Source: Macrostomum lignano (taxonomy: Eukaryota). From it: 64,000 nucleotides of DNA. Below the pieces are notes generated by a model that searched no databases, was not told the DNA's origin, and was given only the letters and a program-made list of their open reading frames with translations. Location of the stretch: positions 248,001 through 312,000 of the forward strand of contig NIVC01000568.1 in NCBI GenBank assembly GCA_002269645.1. Direction: 5' to 3'. Position 1 is the first letter of the stretch; each line of letters starts with the position of its first letter. This document shows positions 60,450-64,000 of this stretch, in pieces. The position numbers and the translations under genes are program-made.

Positions 60450-63400
60450 AAATCGATCAATCAATCAATCAATCAATCAACCAATCAATCGATCGATTAA
60501 TCAATCAATCAACCAATCAATCGATCGATTAATCAATCAAACAATCAATCGATCTATCATTCAATCAATCATCCACTCGATCAACTAATCCATCAGCCGA
60601 TCAATCTATCAATATTTTCTGTTGGAACCAACAGACAACAGAATCGGCGACTCGGGCGGCAAATTCCTCGCCTTGGGCATCGAGCAGAACGATTCAATTC
60701 GGCAGTTTCGACTCGACCGCAACTGCCTCTCCGAGTCTGGCGGCCTCCACGTTGGCCGCGCTCTGACTGAGAACTTCGTCTTGGAGGAGCTGGACATCAG
60801 CTGGTGCCGCGTGCGCCGCGTCGGAGCGGTCACCCTCTGCCAGGGCGTCGGCAAGAATGTCAGCCTGACCAGGTGCGGGCTGCTGGCTCTGGTTGGCTGG
60901 GACTCCGCACTGTCTCGCCTCTCCCTCTCCTGTCTCCCTCTCCTGTCTCCCTCTCCTGTCTCCCACTCCTGTCTCCCTCTCCTGTCTCCCTCTCCTGTCT
61001 CCCTCTCCTGTCTCCCTCTCCTGTCTCCCTCTCCTGTCTCCCTCTCCTGTCTCCCTCTCCTGTCTCCCTCTCCTGTCTCCCTCTCCTGTCTCCCTCTCCT
61101 GTCTCCCTCTCCTGTCTCCCTCTCCTGTCTCCCTCTCCTGTCTCCCTCTCCTGTCTCCCTCTCCTGTCTCCCTCTCCTGTCTCCCTCTCCTGTCTCTCTC
61201 TCCTGTCTCCCTCTCCTGTCTCCCTCTCCTGTCTCCCTCTCCTGTCTCTCTCTCCTGTCTCCCTCTCCTGTCTCCCTCTCCTGTCTCCCTCTCCTATCTC
61301 CCACTCCTGTCTCCCTTCCTGTCTCACTGTCTCCCTGTCTTCCTATCTACCTTCCCGCCTCGTTGTCTGTCTCCCTCCCTCTGTCTCCCTGTCTCTCCCC
61401 CTTTCTTTCCCAATCCCAATCCCTCCTGCCCATCTTCCCGTGTCACTATTCCAACTAACCATGCCTCCGCCACTGCCCCCTGGCAGGGTCAACCTGAGCT
61501 GGAACGGCCTGGGCTACGAGGGCGCCCTGGCCCTGTCCAGCATGCTGCAGGCCAACAAGTACCTTCGGGAGTTGGACGTGTCGCACTGCCGGGTGGACTG
61601 GCAGGGCGCCAGGCTGATCGCCGAAGGCTTGAGGCTGAACTACTCGCTGGCGACTCTGCGGGTGAGGCTCGCGGTTGGGATGCTGCGCACCGGGATTAAT
61701 GGCTGATGGATTCTTAGAAACATTTGCCAGATTCTGAGAAACAACAGAGATTTTAATATAAACGGTTGGGAAATTCTAGCACAAATTGGGAGATTCAACA
61801 TAAAGGGTCAAGCTTTAATAATGGCCGCGGGATTCTTAGAAACGGTCGGGAGTTTCTTAGAAACGTTTTGTAGATTCTTAGAAACAGTTGTAAGATGCTA
61901 ATAAACAATTGGGAGATTCTTAGAAACGGTTGGGAGATTCTTAGAAGTGATTGTTCATAACCATAATAGAGGAAATTTTTCATCATTCTTGAAAACACTT
62001 CCTAGAGATTCTTTCAAAAAGTTCGACTTCGTCTGTTCTTGGAAATTCACATTTTTTTACAGTCAATGTGCTTGGAGATTCGTACAAATGTGTTCTATAC
62101 GAAAATTATGAGTCGAGTACCCAACCGGGAATTGTACATGGATATTCTAGCATGATTCTCCCCATTGCTTTTTGCCTCTCGCAGATCGGTGGCAACCCGT
62201 TGACAACTACCGGCTGTCTGGATATCCTAGAGGCCCTGACTGCCGACACAAGCGTCATCAGCCTGCTAGATCTCAGGGCAAGTGGCGTCCCTTTAATCAA
62301 CTTTTATCAAACCGTTTTTCCAAGATCGCTCCGTGTTTAGCATCAGGGACGCCAGCACCAGGGGCGCCAGCACCAGGGGCGCCAGCACCAGGGGCGCCAG
62401 CACCAGGGGCGCCAGCACCAGGGGCGCCAGCACCAGGGGCGCCAGCACCAGGGGCGCCAGCACCAGGGGCGCCAGCACCAGGGGCGCCAGCACCAGGGGC
62501 GCCAGCACCAGGGGCGCCAGCACCAGGGGCGCCAGCACCAGGGGCGCCAGCACCAGGGGCGCCAGCACCAGGGGCGCCAGCACCAGGGGCGCCAGCACCA
62601 GGGGCGCCAGGGGCGCCAGCACCAGGGGCGCCAAAGCTACATGTACTGCCAACCTTTTAGTTCCGCCCCCCTCAAAACGAATGATTTTATCCATCCCATA
62701 TCCAGGGCAACAAAGTCACGCCGGACTTCGAGCTGCTCTCCCAGACCATCGGCGCAGGGCGCGAGTTCAGCTGCCAACACGACGGCGTCCTGTCATCGCA
62801 CGATCTGTTCGGCTGCCGGAACGAGCCCGACGCCAAGGACCCCATGGCCGAGGTCATTGGCTACATGCAGCGCTACCACCTCCGGCCGCTGGAGCTGTTC
62901 CGCTCGTTCGACAAAGACCTGGCCATGCAGATGAACCGGGAGGAGTTCATCGACCGGATGAAGGTGAATCGGCTGTTATTGCAGGACCACTAGAAGTTAA
63001 TTTACCTAAAGTCCAATCTATCTTAAAAATACGTTACCCAAATAGGCATACAAGCGCGCGGATACGTACGCAGTCATACGCACAGGCACACACTCACACA
63101 GGAGTGTACAGCGGCCCTAACTTAATTTATCGTTAGACATGTACACTTCCCTGTTCCTTATGAGGTTGGCCTTCAAGAGCGTTAACTGCCAAGCCGAGAT
63201 TTCAATTTAGCCCCAAATTCATGCGACTGCACTTGGAATCGAGCCTGGGCCGCTGGCACATGAGAGCGCCGTGCTTGACCACTAGGCTACGATCCCTCTT
63301 TACTTCCTGATACAAGCTTAGGAATCCAGTTGTATAGTGTGTTTTCTAACTTCATTTTTAGCCACAGTTACTCTACTAGCCTAAAAGTAGTATATGTAAA

Positions 63401-64000
63401 GAAAACTTCATCTTAAGAATTATAATCACTAGTTAGTATAGTTAGCAATTGCCTCTCGTTCTGTGTTCTTAGGCTCTGTCCTCCACCATAAAATGCCCTA
63501 TCCGCGCCCACACACTATGCGGACTATGTACGCTTGCATCAACAGTTAATCACGTGACACAATGTACATTGGCCACTTTGGCTGATAATGTACATGGAAG
63601 CTTAAACCCACCCCAGCCATCCAGGACGCGAGCGATGGGGCAAAAAAATACTAGAAACCAAAAACTTTCTAGTACTGCTTCCTGAGATTTGAGGTTGTGA
63701 AACGTCCCCAGAGAAGCGACGAAGGCGCAGAGTTTGAGAATGCCGCGTCGGGAACGATGAGGGATCATACGAGCGTACTACTGTCTTGATAGTAACTTTA
63801 TTGAGCATATTCAATTCAATGCGCACTGTGTCGGATGAAGTGTTAATTTATTTCAAAAATCGCAACTTCACCCAGAGAGCCGGAATCAGCCTGTCCATGG
63901 ACGAGATGGCAGAGATCGCTCAGCAGATTAATGCTGGCAACAGTACTGCCCAGCAGAACCAGCAGCAACAGCAGAAGCAGACTGGCGCGGGAACAATTGC
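56654..64000 (+). CDS. LRRC74: LRRC74-like leucine-rich-repeat protein with C-terminal EF-hand-like region; exons 56654-56786, 58954-59243, 59909-60016, 60094-60187, 60635-60872, 61487-61661, 62185-62277, 62706-62963, 63876 to beyond 64000
   Basis: Acidic DSSDGCSTDLD N-terminal motif, Y..LC..VG, RI-type LRRs (LDLSQNGL, NISGNNIG, LDISWC, VNLSWNGLG, LDVSHC, IGGNPL) and DPM..V..YM......LELFRSFDKD. Junctions are phase-consistent, with one inferred GC-AG intron. The true start codon and paralog identity (A or B) are uncertain. Confidence 0.8.
57190..58915. repeat. 1.7-kb purine-rich GAGAGTGAAGTGAGTGAG minisatellite in LRRC74-like intron 1
   Basis: Directly visible; generates the 595-aa and 609-aa spurious ORFs. 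Confidence 0.97.
59245..59800. repeat. 45-bp minisatellite in LRRC74-like intron 2
   Basis: GTGCAAGGAGTGAGTTGTACAGGCTGGGTGTACAGGAACTGAGGT units. Confidence 0.95.
60260..60600. repeat. (TCAA)n-derived microsatellite in LRRC74-like intron 4
   Basis: Directly visible. Confidence 0.95.
60915..61400. repeat. 13-bp CCTGTCTCCCTCT minisatellite in LRRC74-like intron 5
   Basis: Directly visible. Confidence 0.97.
62345..62632. repeat. 15-bp GCACCAGGGGCGCCA minisatellite in LRRC74-like intron 7
   Basis: About 19 identical units. Confidence 0.97.
63231..63297 (-). pseudogene. tRNA-Glu(CTC)-derived pseudogene or SINE head
   Basis: The minus strand reads GTAGCCTAGTGGTCAAGCACGGCGCTCTCATGTGCCAGCGGCCCAGGCTCGATTCC, which aligns by eye to the eukaryotic tRNA-Glu(CTC) D, anticodon and T arms. 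The acceptor stem does not pair. Confidence 0.6.

Noticed and set aside
62172-63136. PAPGA-repeat and STRGA-repeat ORFs suggesting an elastin- or antifreeze-like protein
   Set aside because: The 15-bp units are identical at DNA level (no synonymous variation) and lie within an intron whose flanking exons join in frame.
63231-63297. Functional tRNA-Glu gene
   Set aside because: The acceptor stem does not pair and the anticodon arm is distorted; annotated as pseudogene or SINE head instead.

Overview
This is animal (eukaryotic) genomic DNA with spliceosomal introns. The style (GC-rich exons, a minisatellite in most larger introns) suggests an invertebrate such as a free-living flatworm (Macrostomum-like); that assignment is inference. 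I reconstructed seven genes by hand with phase-consistent splice junctions: an SLC49A4/FLVCR-like MFS transporter (+), an intronless Cys/Pro- then Gly/Tyr-rich protein (+), cohesin SMC3 (+, 13 coding exons), centriolar POC5 (+), GRK2/3 (-, with a 1-nt frameshift), spermine synthase (+, divergent from GRK) and an LRRC74-like LRR/EF-hand gene (+, runs off the window). Mobile DNA includes a Tc1 element with an open DD34E transposase ORF, a Merlin remnant, a Merlin-type MITE, other MITEs, a 5'-truncated LINE with a 13-bp TSD and tRNA-derived fragments. The most interesting patterns are: (i) kb-scale CpG-depleted domains at the 5' ends of SMC3, GRK and SMS, where repeat copies vary mainly at CpG sites, around a CpG-intact core; (ii) intronic minisatellites whose units contain transcription-factor-like sites (RFX X-box, nuclear-receptor DR4, IR2); (iii) repeat families shared between neighbouring introns and genes; (iv) a candidate internal promoter in SMS; (v) the Cys/Pro + Gly/Tyr structural protein. 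Most long ORFs in the supplied track are translations of tandem repeats. All counts were made by eye and are approximate.
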